A stretch of 47,644 bases of DNA from IMG/VR virus record IMGVR_UViG_3300029845_000021, one strand, 5' to 3'. The DNA is from a virus. A model generated the notes under the pieces. That model was not told where the DNA came from. It was given only the letters and a program-made list of their open reading frames with translations, and made no database searches. Below are positions 1 to 6,456 of the stretch, piece by piece. Position 1 is the first letter of the stretch. Each line of letters begins with the position of its first letter. The position numbers and the translations under genes are program-made.

Positions 1-96
1 TATATATGGCGGATTTTTTTCCGCTTCAACGGGATTTTTTTCCGCTTCAACGGGATTTTTTTCCGCTTCAACGGGATTTTTTTCCGCTTCAACGGG
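1..96. repeat. Terminal redundancy of the window: 1..96 is identical to 47549..47644 (closed circle or terminally redundant contig, unit length 47,548 bp)
   Basis: Direct comparison of both ends: TATATATGGCGG followed by four 21-bp units occurs at both ends. The reading frame of the junction gene is preserved across the join. Confidence 0.9.
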
Positions 97-435
97 ATTT
101 TTTTCCGCTTCAACGGATTTGTAAACGGTTCCCCAATCTCTTAACATTTGCGACGGGGTAAAACAAACGTGGTTGTCAATCTTTATTATTTGAATCAATC
201 CCAAATTTTCCAAATTCTTATAAAGCCGCCTTAACGTATCAACCTTATTTGGCAAAATTGGGCAATAAACAGATACGTTTTTATAGTCTGCCATGTAATA
301 CGGTTTCCCGGCGTATTGTATTGGATTTTGCGCCAACAAACCAAAGAAACATGACGCTAAAATGCTTTCCGTTGGGTTTAAATCTAAAACCCTTGAACGT
401 ACTAAATCTAAAATTAAATAACTTCTTTCGTTCAT
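1..435 (-). CDS. Replication initiator / replisome-organizer-like protein, N-terminal part (gene wraps the junction and continues at 47548..47012; 323 aa in total)
   Basis: ATG at 433-435. The frame stays open to position 1 (145 codons) and continues in frame from 47548 to the stop at 47012. The N-terminal ~95 aa (MNERSYLILDLVRSRVLDL...LENLGLIQIIKID) looks like a winged-helix domain. It is followed by (S/P)VEAEKN x5 encoded by the 21-bp repeats. Confidence 0.7.
   Translation of the reverse strand, partial: MNERSYLILDLVRSRVLDLNPTESILASCFFGLLAQNPIQYAGKPYYMADYKNVSVYCPILPNKVDTLRRLYKNLENLGLIQIIKIDNHVCFTPSQMLRDWGTVYKSVEAEKNPVEAEKNPVEAEKNPVEAEKNPVEAEKNPPYI
13..116. repeat. Five head-to-tail copies of the 21-bp unit ATTTTTTTCCGCTTCAACGGG (candidate iterons); last copy is 20 bp
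   Basis: Units at 13-33, 34-54, 55-75, 76-96 and 97-116 are identical by eye. There are no spacers, so this is not a CRISPR array. Confidence 0.9.
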
Positions 436-440
436 AGAAT

Positions 441-462
441 GAAAAAGCCCGTAATCCGGGCT
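441..462 (-). terminator. Intrinsic-terminator-like hairpin just upstream of the initiator start codon
   Basis: Minus strand reads AGCCCG-GATTA-CGGGCT followed by TTTTTC, ending 6 nt before the ATG at 435. A second CGGGCT copy at 479-484 offers an alternative pairing. Confidence 0.5.
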
Positions 463-538
463 ACCACACACCGGAAAACGGGCTTTGTGCTAATATTAGC
501 AAATATCTTGCAAACGGTGGTAGTCGTTGTTTATGCTG

Positions 539-569
539 CAAAAATAGATGTTTTTTTTGAATTATCAAA
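539..569 (-). promoter_or_regulatory. Bacteroidota-type promoter (-33 TTTG / -7 TAttTTTG, 19-nt spacer)
   Basis: Minus strand has TTTG at 569-566 and TATTTTTG at 546-539. The spacing is identical to three other sites in this genome. Confidence 0.55.
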
Positions 570-984
570 CATTATTGGTTAATTCTGCGATAAAGCCCTT
601 AATATTTTGCTTTCTTATATGTCCTTTTAATACCCTCCCCTCAGAGAATACTGTATAATAGCCTAATCTATTCCATGAAACTACGTTGTTAGTCCTATTT
701 TCCAGATGTATATAGGTTCCACCCTTAGAATTTAAGTCATACAAAAACCGGAGTAACCTTATAGCTTCCTCCTTATCCCCAAGGTAAACAGTAATATACT
801 TTTGATATATATTACTAGTTTTAAGCATAATGTAATAATGGTCTATACACCCATTCACCTTTGCAGCGCACAATTTTTGGTTCCCAAGGTCTGTTACTTT
901 CAACGTTTCAACCTCTACTACAGTTTGGGCATACACGCTTACACACATTACTGATATCACTAAAAACAAAATAATTTTCTTCAT
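565..984 (-). CDS. Small secreted protein of unknown function (moron-like, AT-rich gene)
   Basis: ATG start with an ATGA overlap to the upstream gene. N-terminal signal peptide MKKIILFLVISVMCVSVYA/Q. GC is visibly lower than in the neighbours. Confidence 0.7.
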   Translation of the reverse strand: MKKIILFLVISVMCVSVYAQTVVEVETLKVTDLGNQKLCAAKVNGCIDHYYIMLKTSNIYQKYITVYLGDKEEAIRLLRFLYDLNSKGGTYIHLENRTNNVVSWNRLGYYTVFSEGRVLKGHIRKQNIKGFIAELTNNV

Positions 985-1685
985 TCTTCTATCAATTTTA
1001 TTGGCTTAAATGCTTCAGTTACTTTACGCAAATTCCCCTCGCTTTCGTTCGGAACAATGGAAACGACCGGATAACGGGAACGGTCGCCGGGCTTTTGAGA
1101 GACGGCAAATTGTACGTTCATATCCCAAACTATACCCTTAACAAATCCCCGTTCCTGCAACATGGCGTCGAACGTGTCTCGGATATTTGGAATTGTTGAC
1201 GCCGTACCCTTTGTTACGAACTGCCAAACCCCGGCAACCCCACGCACCAACGGAATAATGAAAGTTACGGTTAACGTTACAATCCATCCGTCGCCGCCAT
1301 TCTTAACAGCCCGGTTTGGGTGTTTTTGCGCAACGCCTGCCATTAAATCGGGATAATCTTTTGTACTGTATTGTGCATATTGTTTCCCGTTCCATACAAA
1401 GAACGTTTCCCCGTCGCCGTATGCAACCAATTTACCCGCATCATCCCTATATTGATATTCTTCCCTGCATGACTTTTCCGGTTCATCATAAACAAATACT
1501 ATTTGTATTGTTTGCGGTTTATCCCCGTATGCTTGATTAAATAGCCCTGCATATTTTCCGGTGCTTACAAAATAATCTATACTTTTAGGCAATCCCTTTT
1601 CATCTTTTATGCCAACTTTTATTTTCCCAATTATAGGTAATGATATTCTATTTATTGGTTCATTACGCATTATTCTACCTTTCAT
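981..1685 (-). CDS. Hypothetical protein downstream of the PD-(D/E)XK nuclease; candidate ssDNA-binding or annealing partner (function unproven)
   Basis: 234-aa ORF with an ATG start, 16 nt after the nuclease gene. No motif was recognised with certainty. Confidence 0.6.
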   Translation of the reverse strand: MKGRIMRNEPINRISLPIIGKIKVGIKDEKGLPKSIDYFVSTGKYAGLFNQAYGDKPQTIQIVFVYDEPEKSCREEYQYRDDAGKLVAYGDGETFFVWNGKQYAQYSTKDYPDLMAGVAQKHPNRAVKNGGDGWIVTLTVTFIIPLVRGVAGVWQFVTKGTASTIPNIRDTFDAMLQERGFVKGIVWDMNVQFAVSQKPGDRSRYPVVSIVPNESEGNLRKVTEAFKPIKLIEE

Positions 1686-1700
1686 TTTTTCCTCCTTCTT

Positions 1701-3107
1701 TTATATATCAATTTCAGTATTTAACAAATCTTTCTTTGTCACGGGTTCCGGCTTTTTAGGCTGTTTTTCTTCGATTTTAGCCACTTTTTCTTTTTTTGGT
1801 GTAATTGTACGTTTTGCGGTTTTCTTTTCCTTGACGGGCTTGTTTCCCGCCGTTTTTGCCGTTTTTCGTGTGGTTCTCTTTACGGTCTTGGTTTTCTTTT
1901 CCTCCGGTTCCGGTTGTGGTTCGGGTTCCGGGTCTTTCTTCAAATCCTCAACGGTAACGGCTTTTTCCGGTTCCGGCTTTTTCTTTTCCGCCGGGGCTTT
2001 GCTTTTAACAAGTTCCGCCAACGTCAGCGAAACAATATTGTTTGTCAAATCCGGTTCGTTATCCAATGATATTTCCCCGGAAACCGCCGTAAATGTATTA
2101 TCCCGTTTTTCGTCCTCAATTGCTGCCAACTCCAAAAGATACGGGATTTTCTTTGCGTTCGGGCTGTCTGTTTGGTCTTTCAAATTGTACGTCGGTTTCT
2201 TTCGCCAATCTTTCGGGCTAAAATTGAAAACACGGTCAATCGGAATATTCGGGAAATTTTCGTTCCACATCATCGCATATAAATGCAACTGAATTTCCGC
2301 TTCTTCGTAAAATCCTTTGCGCCCGCTTTTGAAATCCACAATTGCGTTTATGTATTCTTTTGAACCGGGCTTTGATAACATCGTACACGGTAAATCAATC
2401 ATTCCGGCGTAATTATGAACGGGGTGTACCAACGCAATTTCCACGGCTAACGGTTTAACGTCATAATCCAAAACAAATTGCGCAAATGCTAATATATCCT
2501 TTTTGAAATCATCAGCGTAATAAATGAAATCGGCGGGCAATTTGTTGTTATCAATATAATCTTTCAATTTGGCTTTCAATCCGTCCAAATCATAAACCCG
2601 GTTAATTATAAGTTCTTCAAATTGGGCGTGCATAAATGTACCATACGCCGCCCGTTCTGCCTTGTATCGCTCCGCCTCGTCAATTCCTTTGTCGGCAATC
2701 CATTTTATCAGAAACGGCGATTGTGGCATTGTTTGGGACAAAATTGTTGTAACTGACGGATAAAATTCCGGGGTTCCGTTGTCGTCAAACTTGTAATAAT
2801 ATCGGTGTCCTTTGCTGTTTAGCTGCCATACTTTATACGGCGGTTCAATCAACGCACCATCAAAAAACATTGCTGTCATTTCCTCAACCGTCATGCCCGG
2901 CACAATTTCAAAAGCCCCGGCGGGCTGTTCTATTTCGACGGAATCCAATCCGGGGACAATCTGTTGTTCATCGTTTATTTCCGGGAATTTATCGGCGGGC
3001 AATTGTCCCATTGCTTCCGCCAACTTCTTAACCGCATTTACTGCGTTACCCATTGTGTTTGCAATACTTTTTTCCGGGTTTTCCGGCTGTTTCTTTTTCG
3101 CTCTCAT
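1701..3107 (-). CDS. PD-(D/E)XK (Cas4 / RecB / lambda-Exo-like) nuclease with a lysine/proline-rich disordered C-terminal tail
   Basis: Motifs YGTFMHAQFE, AGMIDLP, IVDFKSGRK and QLHLYAMMW appear in the canonical order. The last ~110 aa are a K/E/P low-complexity region (PEPEPQPEPEEKKTKTVKRTTRKTAK...). Confidence 0.7.
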   Translation of the reverse strand: MRAKKKQPENPEKSIANTMGNAVNAVKKLAEAMGQLPADKFPEINDEQQIVPGLDSVEIEQPAGAFEIVPGMTVEEMTAMFFDGALIEPPYKVWQLNSKGHRYYYKFDDNGTPEFYPSVTTILSQTMPQSPFLIKWIADKGIDEAERYKAERAAYGTFMHAQFEELIINRVYDLDGLKAKLKDYIDNNKLPADFIYYADDFKKDILAFAQFVLDYDVKPLAVEIALVHPVHNYAGMIDLPCTMLSKPGSKEYINAIVDFKSGRKGFYEEAEIQLHLYAMMWNENFPNIPIDRVFNFSPKDWRKKPTYNLKDQTDSPNAKKIPYLLELAAIEDEKRDNTFTAVSGEISLDNEPDLTNNIVSLTLAELVKSKAPAEKKKPEPEKAVTVEDLKKDPEPEPQPEPEEKKTKTVKRTTRKTAKTAGNKPVKEKKTAKRTITPKKEKVAKIEEKQPKKPEPVTKKDLLNTEIDI

Positions 3108-3108
3108 G

Positions 3109-3315
3109 TTATTTGCTCTTTAATTCGTTAAACAATACATAAACCATTAATCCACACATTGCAGAAAACAAAAAATGGATATAATTCCAAAATCCGGCAA
3201 TAAAACATATTACTCCGAAAATGCTAAATATCATTGCAAAAACCTTTGCTTGCCACGCATCGGAAAAGAAAACATCAACCATCTTTTCCATTTTTTCGAT
3301 AAACTTCTTTTTCAT
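3109..3315 (-). CDS. Small membrane protein (start moved to the ATG at 3315; the track start at 3336 is TTG)
   Basis: MKKKFIEKMEKM... followed by two hydrophobic segments. It is packed tightly between neighbouring genes. Confidence 0.5.
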   Translation of the reverse strand: MKKKFIEKMEKMVDVFFSDAWQAKVFAMIFSIFGVICFIAGFWNYIHFLFSAMCGLMVYVLFNELKSK

Positions 3316-3319
3316 GGTT

Positions 3320-3556
3320 TTAATCCTCCATTCCAAACAGATAATCGGCGGAACAACCGCACATTTCGCAAATTATTACTACCCATTCCGGGACAATCCG
3401 TTTGGTCGTGCCGTTACATAAATTCGTCATGTTTACCTGTTGTGCGCTCTCGCTTGCACCCTCAAAAAGACGGGCGGCAATGTCTTTTTTCAAAACCTTT
3501 TTCCCGTTCGCCTCGGAACGGGCGATTGCTTCGTTTACTCTTAATCTCAATGCCAT
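3320..3556 (-). CDS. XRE/Cro-type helix-turn-helix transcriptional regulator
   Basis: 78 aa. KKDIAARLFEGASESAQQVNMTNLCNGTTKRI fits an HTH_3-like helix-turn-helix. Confidence 0.7.
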   Translation of the reverse strand: MALRLRVNEAIARSEANGKKVLKKDIAARLFEGASESAQQVNMTNLCNGTTKRIVPEWVVIICEMCGCSADYLFGMED

Positions 3557-3573
3557 AACTTTAATTTTTATTG

Positions 3574-4002
3574 TTAATAACTCGGTTCGTTACTCTCTTT
3601 GTATCCGCAATGCGTACACGTTGTTTCCTCCCAAATTGGGGTATATTCCGGGGGCGTAATATATCCGTCCCCGCCTGTTTGCTTATATTCGCCGTCCGTA
3701 ACCTCCATTTCGCCGCCACACTCCGGGCAATCCCCGTCGCCAATCAACACACATTCCAATAATGCGTCCAAATGTACCGATTTTACAACGTTGATACCAA
3801 TTGCACGTATAACCCCGGCAATCTCAACAACGGTAATATCCCGTTCGTAACAATCGGAAATTGGGCAACCCCAATTGTCCGGCGTTTCCTCAATTATTTT
3901 TTTATTGAGTAATTCCGAAACGATAATGTCGGATACCTGTTTGGCGGGTTTCCCGGAAAGGGTCGCCAACTCGTTTAATTCTTTGCTTTCTTTTACTCTC
4001 AT
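3574..4002 (-). CDS. Hypothetical protein with a C-terminal zinc ribbon
   Basis: CPECGG...(x27)...CTHCGY forms a four-cysteine pair near the C-terminus. Confidence 0.6.
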   Translation of the reverse strand: MRVKESKELNELATLSGKPAKQVSDIIVSELLNKKIIEETPDNWGCPISDCYERDITVVEIAGVIRAIGINVVKSVHLDALLECVLIGDGDCPECGGEMEVTDGEYKQTGGDGYITPPEYTPIWEETTCTHCGYKESNEPSY

Positions 4003-4032
4003 ATCTTTGCCGGGTATTCCCCCCGGTAGGTT

Positions 4033-4521
4033 TTATTTTTCTTCTTTATACAAAATTCCCTTATATGGTTTCCCGGTATCGACACTCTTTTTTATCAAAT
4101 GTCTGTACATACCCCGCTTTTCCGCATCTATATAATTGTCAAAACGAACACATTCTTTCCCGTCCGCTCCATATCCGACTATTTGGCAATTATATTTAAT
4201 TTTATTTCGCCTTGCGGGTTTATAGTTCATATTTTCCTTTTGCGTACACCAACGTAAATTGTCTGCAAAATTATGATACTTAACCCCGTCGATATGGTCA
4301 ACGTATGGTTTGTTTTCCGGGTTCGGGATGAAAGCCGCCGCAACTAATCGGCTAACTTGAAACTTCGTATTTACTCTGTTTTTTGATAAAGTAACACATA
4401 AACCGGACGTTGCGGGTTTACAAGGCGTCAAAATTATATTGCTATCTAATGACTTTATACGCCCGTAATTGCTTACTTCATATAACCCCTCATAGTCTTT
4501 TATTTCTTTCCAAATTTCCAT
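4033..4521 (-). CDS. Free-standing HNH homing endonuclease (NUMOD4 + HNH_3 type); start moved to the ATG at 4521
   Basis: MEIWKEIKDYEGLYEVSNYGRIKS (NUMOD4-like) and VDHIDGVKYHNFADNLRWCTQKEN (HNH). The track start at 4542 is TTG and overlaps the promoter. Confidence 0.8.
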   Translation of the reverse strand: MEIWKEIKDYEGLYEVSNYGRIKSLDSNIILTPCKPATSGLCVTLSKNRVNTKFQVSRLVAAAFIPNPENKPYVDHIDGVKYHNFADNLRWCTQKENMNYKPARRNKIKYNCQIVGYGADGKECVRFDNYIDAEKRGMYRHLIKKSVDTGKPYKGILYKEEK

Positions 4522-4539
4522 ACTACTAATTTTATTCTG

Positions 4540-4570
4540 CAAATATAAATATTATTTTTGGTTTTGCAAA
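4540..4570 (-). promoter_or_regulatory. Bacteroidota-type promoter (-33 TTTG / -7 TAtaTTTG, 19-nt spacer)
   Basis: Minus strand has TTTG at 4570-4567 and TATATTTG at 4547-4540, 18 nt upstream of the HNH ATG. Confidence 0.55.
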
Positions 4571-4717
4571 TGCAATAGTATTTTATTTATCTATTTTCCA
4601 AAAATATATCTTTGTTTCTAAAATCATTTTTGCGAGGTGCGTTGGATAATCGGATTTTTAATCTACCTTTGCAATACCGCATCAACCAAATATCTCTCTC
4701 GGTTACTGCGTAAAATT

Positions 4718-4750
4718 CCCCCGGTGCATATTGATTTATGACGCCGGGGG
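4718..4750. terminator. GC-rich hairpin after the 187-aa gene (possible bidirectional terminator)
   Basis: CCCCCGG (4718-4724) pairs with CCGGGGG (4744-4750) around a 19-nt loop. The plus strand is followed by TCTTTTTATTT and the minus strand by AATTTTA. Confidence 0.35.
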
Positions 4751-4755
4751 TCTTT

Positions 4756-5319
4756 TTATTTCTTACTCTGATAATACAACCATTTGTAAATTTCGCCGTA
4801 ATATCCGGTTTCCAATACTGCTTTTCGTATGGTCTTTGCGTCGTACTCTCCAAATGTTACGTACTCATATATTGACGGGTTTTCATGCAACGCAAATTCA
4901 AATGTTATGTCAATATATGCGTCGCCGACCTTGTTAAACGCATGGTCAATCGGTATTGGGACGTTTGTTTTTCCCTCACAATAAAGAATCCGTTCCGGGA
5001 ACGCCTCGCAAAGTAAATGGGAATTTCGATAACATTCTTTCGGCTTTGGCTTAATTACGTGCCGTATGTAGTCCAATTGGTAATCCTCCAATACATCAGC
5101 CGCCGGAACTATTTTAACGGGCTTTGCGGCGTTTATCCTCAATAATGGGTATTTGTTGCCGTAATCCGTAACGTACCCGTCCGGTTCAATGTCTGAATAA
5201 ATCCGGTCGTCGTCGTTATTACCAAAGTATTTATTTAGGCTTTGCAGAATATTGTTTTCCAAATATTCATTGCCCAATACTGCTTTTATTTTATCCTGCT
5301 TTCTTAGTGCGTATCGCAT
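4756..5319 (-). CDS. Hypothetical protein with a transglutaminase/papain-like Cys-His-Asp pattern
   Basis: KECYRNSHLLCEAF...LYCEGKT...IDHAFNKVGDAYIDITFE resembles the transglutaminase-like cysteine peptidase core (C ... H ... D). Confidence 0.65.
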   Translation of the reverse strand: MRYALRKQDKIKAVLGNEYLENNILQSLNKYFGNNDDDRIYSDIEPDGYVTDYGNKYPLLRINAAKPVKIVPAADVLEDYQLDYIRHVIKPKPKECYRNSHLLCEAFPERILYCEGKTNVPIPIDHAFNKVGDAYIDITFEFALHENPSIYEYVTFGEYDAKTIRKAVLETGYYGEIYKWLYYQSKK

Positions 5320-5361
5320 GGCTTTTAAGTATTAAACCGGGGATTGCTCCCCGGCTGTTTG

Positions 5362-5505
5362 TTAATTTTGATTTTTCCAAATTTGATAATCATAATAAGA
5401 TTCAAAGCACATATAGCCCCCGCATACCTTTGTAACCTTTTCCGCCCATGGACATTGTTTCTTTGCTTGGTATCTGCTTTCGGTCTCAACAAATTTTGTT
5501 CTCAT
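5362..5505 (-). CDS. Small protein (47 aa) not in the ORF track: MRTKFVETESRYQAKKQCPWAEKVTKVCGGYMCFESYYDYQIWKNQN
   Basis: Translated by hand. ATG at 5503-5505 and TAA at 5362-5364. It sits ~50 nt downstream of a strong promoter and a conserved leader hairpin. Confidence 0.5.
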   Translation of the reverse strand: MRTKFVETESRYQAKKQCPWAEKVTKVCGGYMCFESYYDYQIWKNQN

Positions 5506-5526
5506 AATGTTCTCATTTTATTTTCC

Positions 5527-5542
5527 CTGGGAACCCGCCCAG
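5527..5542 (-). promoter_or_regulatory. Conserved 5'-UTR hairpin, copy 1 (CUGGG-CGGGUU-CCCAG on the transcript)
   Basis: 5-bp stem with a 6-nt loop, 21 nt upstream of the ATG at 5505. A paralogous copy at 44655..44670 carries a compensatory U-A to C-G change. Confidence 0.4.
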
Positions 5543-5561
5543 TCGTTGTTGTTTGACAATG

Positions 5562-5592
5562 CAAATATACAACCTTTATTTTAATTACCAAA
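5562..5592 (-). promoter_or_regulatory. Bacteroidota-type promoter (-33 TTTG / -7 TAtaTTTG, 19-nt spacer)
   Basis: Minus strand has TTTG at 5592-5589 and TATATTTG at 5569-5562. The flanking sequence is homologous to the promoter at 44847..44877. Confidence 0.6.
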
Positions 5593-5716
5593 AGAATTTC
5601 TTTTTATTTTATCGGAAAATGGCAAAAAATTCTGTTTTTGGTTCAAAAGATAGTTATTTTGGTCGAATTTTCGATTTAAGCCACTTTTTCGGGCGAAATG
5701 TGTAATTTATCCATCC

Positions 5717-5742
5717 GGGAAAGAAAAGCCCGCTACGGGGCT
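5717..5742 (-). terminator. Second, weaker intrinsic terminator at the end of the late/lysis transcription unit
   Basis: Minus strand reads AGCCC-CGTAGC-GGGCT followed by TTTTCTTTCC. Confidence 0.4.
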
Positions 5743-5756
5743 AAAAATGGGCAAAA

Positions 5757-5782
5757 CTAAAAAAGCCGGGGGTAACCCGGCT
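5757..5782 (-). terminator. Intrinsic terminator after the last late gene
   Basis: Minus strand reads AGCCGGG-TTACC-CCCGGCT (7-bp stem) followed by TTTTTT. It lies 57 nt downstream of the stop at 5839. Confidence 0.65.
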
Positions 5783-5838
5783 AATCATTGAAAACAATCT
5801 TTATTTATATGGTCAAATGTAATTCGATACAAAGATAG

Positions 5839-6456
5839 TTATTTTTCGATTGTTATAACCTCAAACCCGGTAATTTTTGTATGTGGATTTTTTGAAACAA
5901 TATCAAATTCACGGTTTTTTATCCGTTTTGTTTTCCATAAAAAACCTAACCAACGCTTATATTGCACAGTTTCCGTTATTAAAAGGCTATCCCGTGTTAT
6001 AATTTTGCCCGAAAACGTATTATTTTTAATACATCCGTCAAAATCAACCCATTTGTCGGAATACTCAATACAACGTAATACAGTCGTAACCGTATCGCCG
6101 GGCAAATATACAACACTATCCCGGACGGTTGCCCGCAATTCGTTGATTGTTTCCATTTGGGTTGTTGTAACCCGTTCCAATTCCCGGTTCTTTGTTTGGA
6201 GGGTTTTTATTAGTTCCGCATCGCTCGCCCGGTATCTTTCAAACTCCGACAATTTCAGTTCCAAAACTCCAACTTTGGCGGCGTTCAAACTATCCTTTGT
6301 TTTGTACGTTTCGACGTCCTGCAACAATGTTTCTGTATTTCCCCGGTATCTGTTCCGTTCGTCCGTCAATTTTTCAATTTTCGTTCGTTGCACCCATATT
6401 GTTGCAACGGCGGCAACTACCATCGCAATTGCCGCCCAAATCAAATACTTTTTCAT
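5839..6456 (-). CDS. Membrane-anchored coiled-coil protein adjacent to the endolysin (spanin-like lysis accessory candidate)
   Basis: N-terminal TM helix (YLIWAAIAMVVAAVATIWV) followed by ~100 aa of heptad-like sequence. It overlaps the amidase gene by 4 nt. Confidence 0.7.
   Translation of the reverse strand: MKKYLIWAAIAMVVAAVATIWVQRTKIEKLTDERNRYRGNTETLLQDVETYKTKDSLNAAKVGVLELKLSEFERYRASDAELIKTLQTKNRELERVTTTQMETINELRATVRDSVVYLPGDTVTTVLRCIEYSDKWVDFDGCIKNNTFSGKIITRDSLLITETVQYKRWLGFLWKTKRIKNREFDIVSKNPHTKITGFEVITIEK

Noticed and set aside
13-116. Tandem repeats at the window ends as a possible CRISPR array
   Set aside because: The units are contiguous with no spacers, they lie in frame inside a coding sequence, and there are no cas genes. 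They are interpreted as iterons instead.
4587-4853. 88-aa minus-strand ORF from the track
   Set aside because: It starts at TTG and overlaps the upstream gene by 98 nt. Its only in-frame ATG would leave a 31-aa peptide. The region also contains a hairpin and the promoter of the next gene, so it is probably intergenic.
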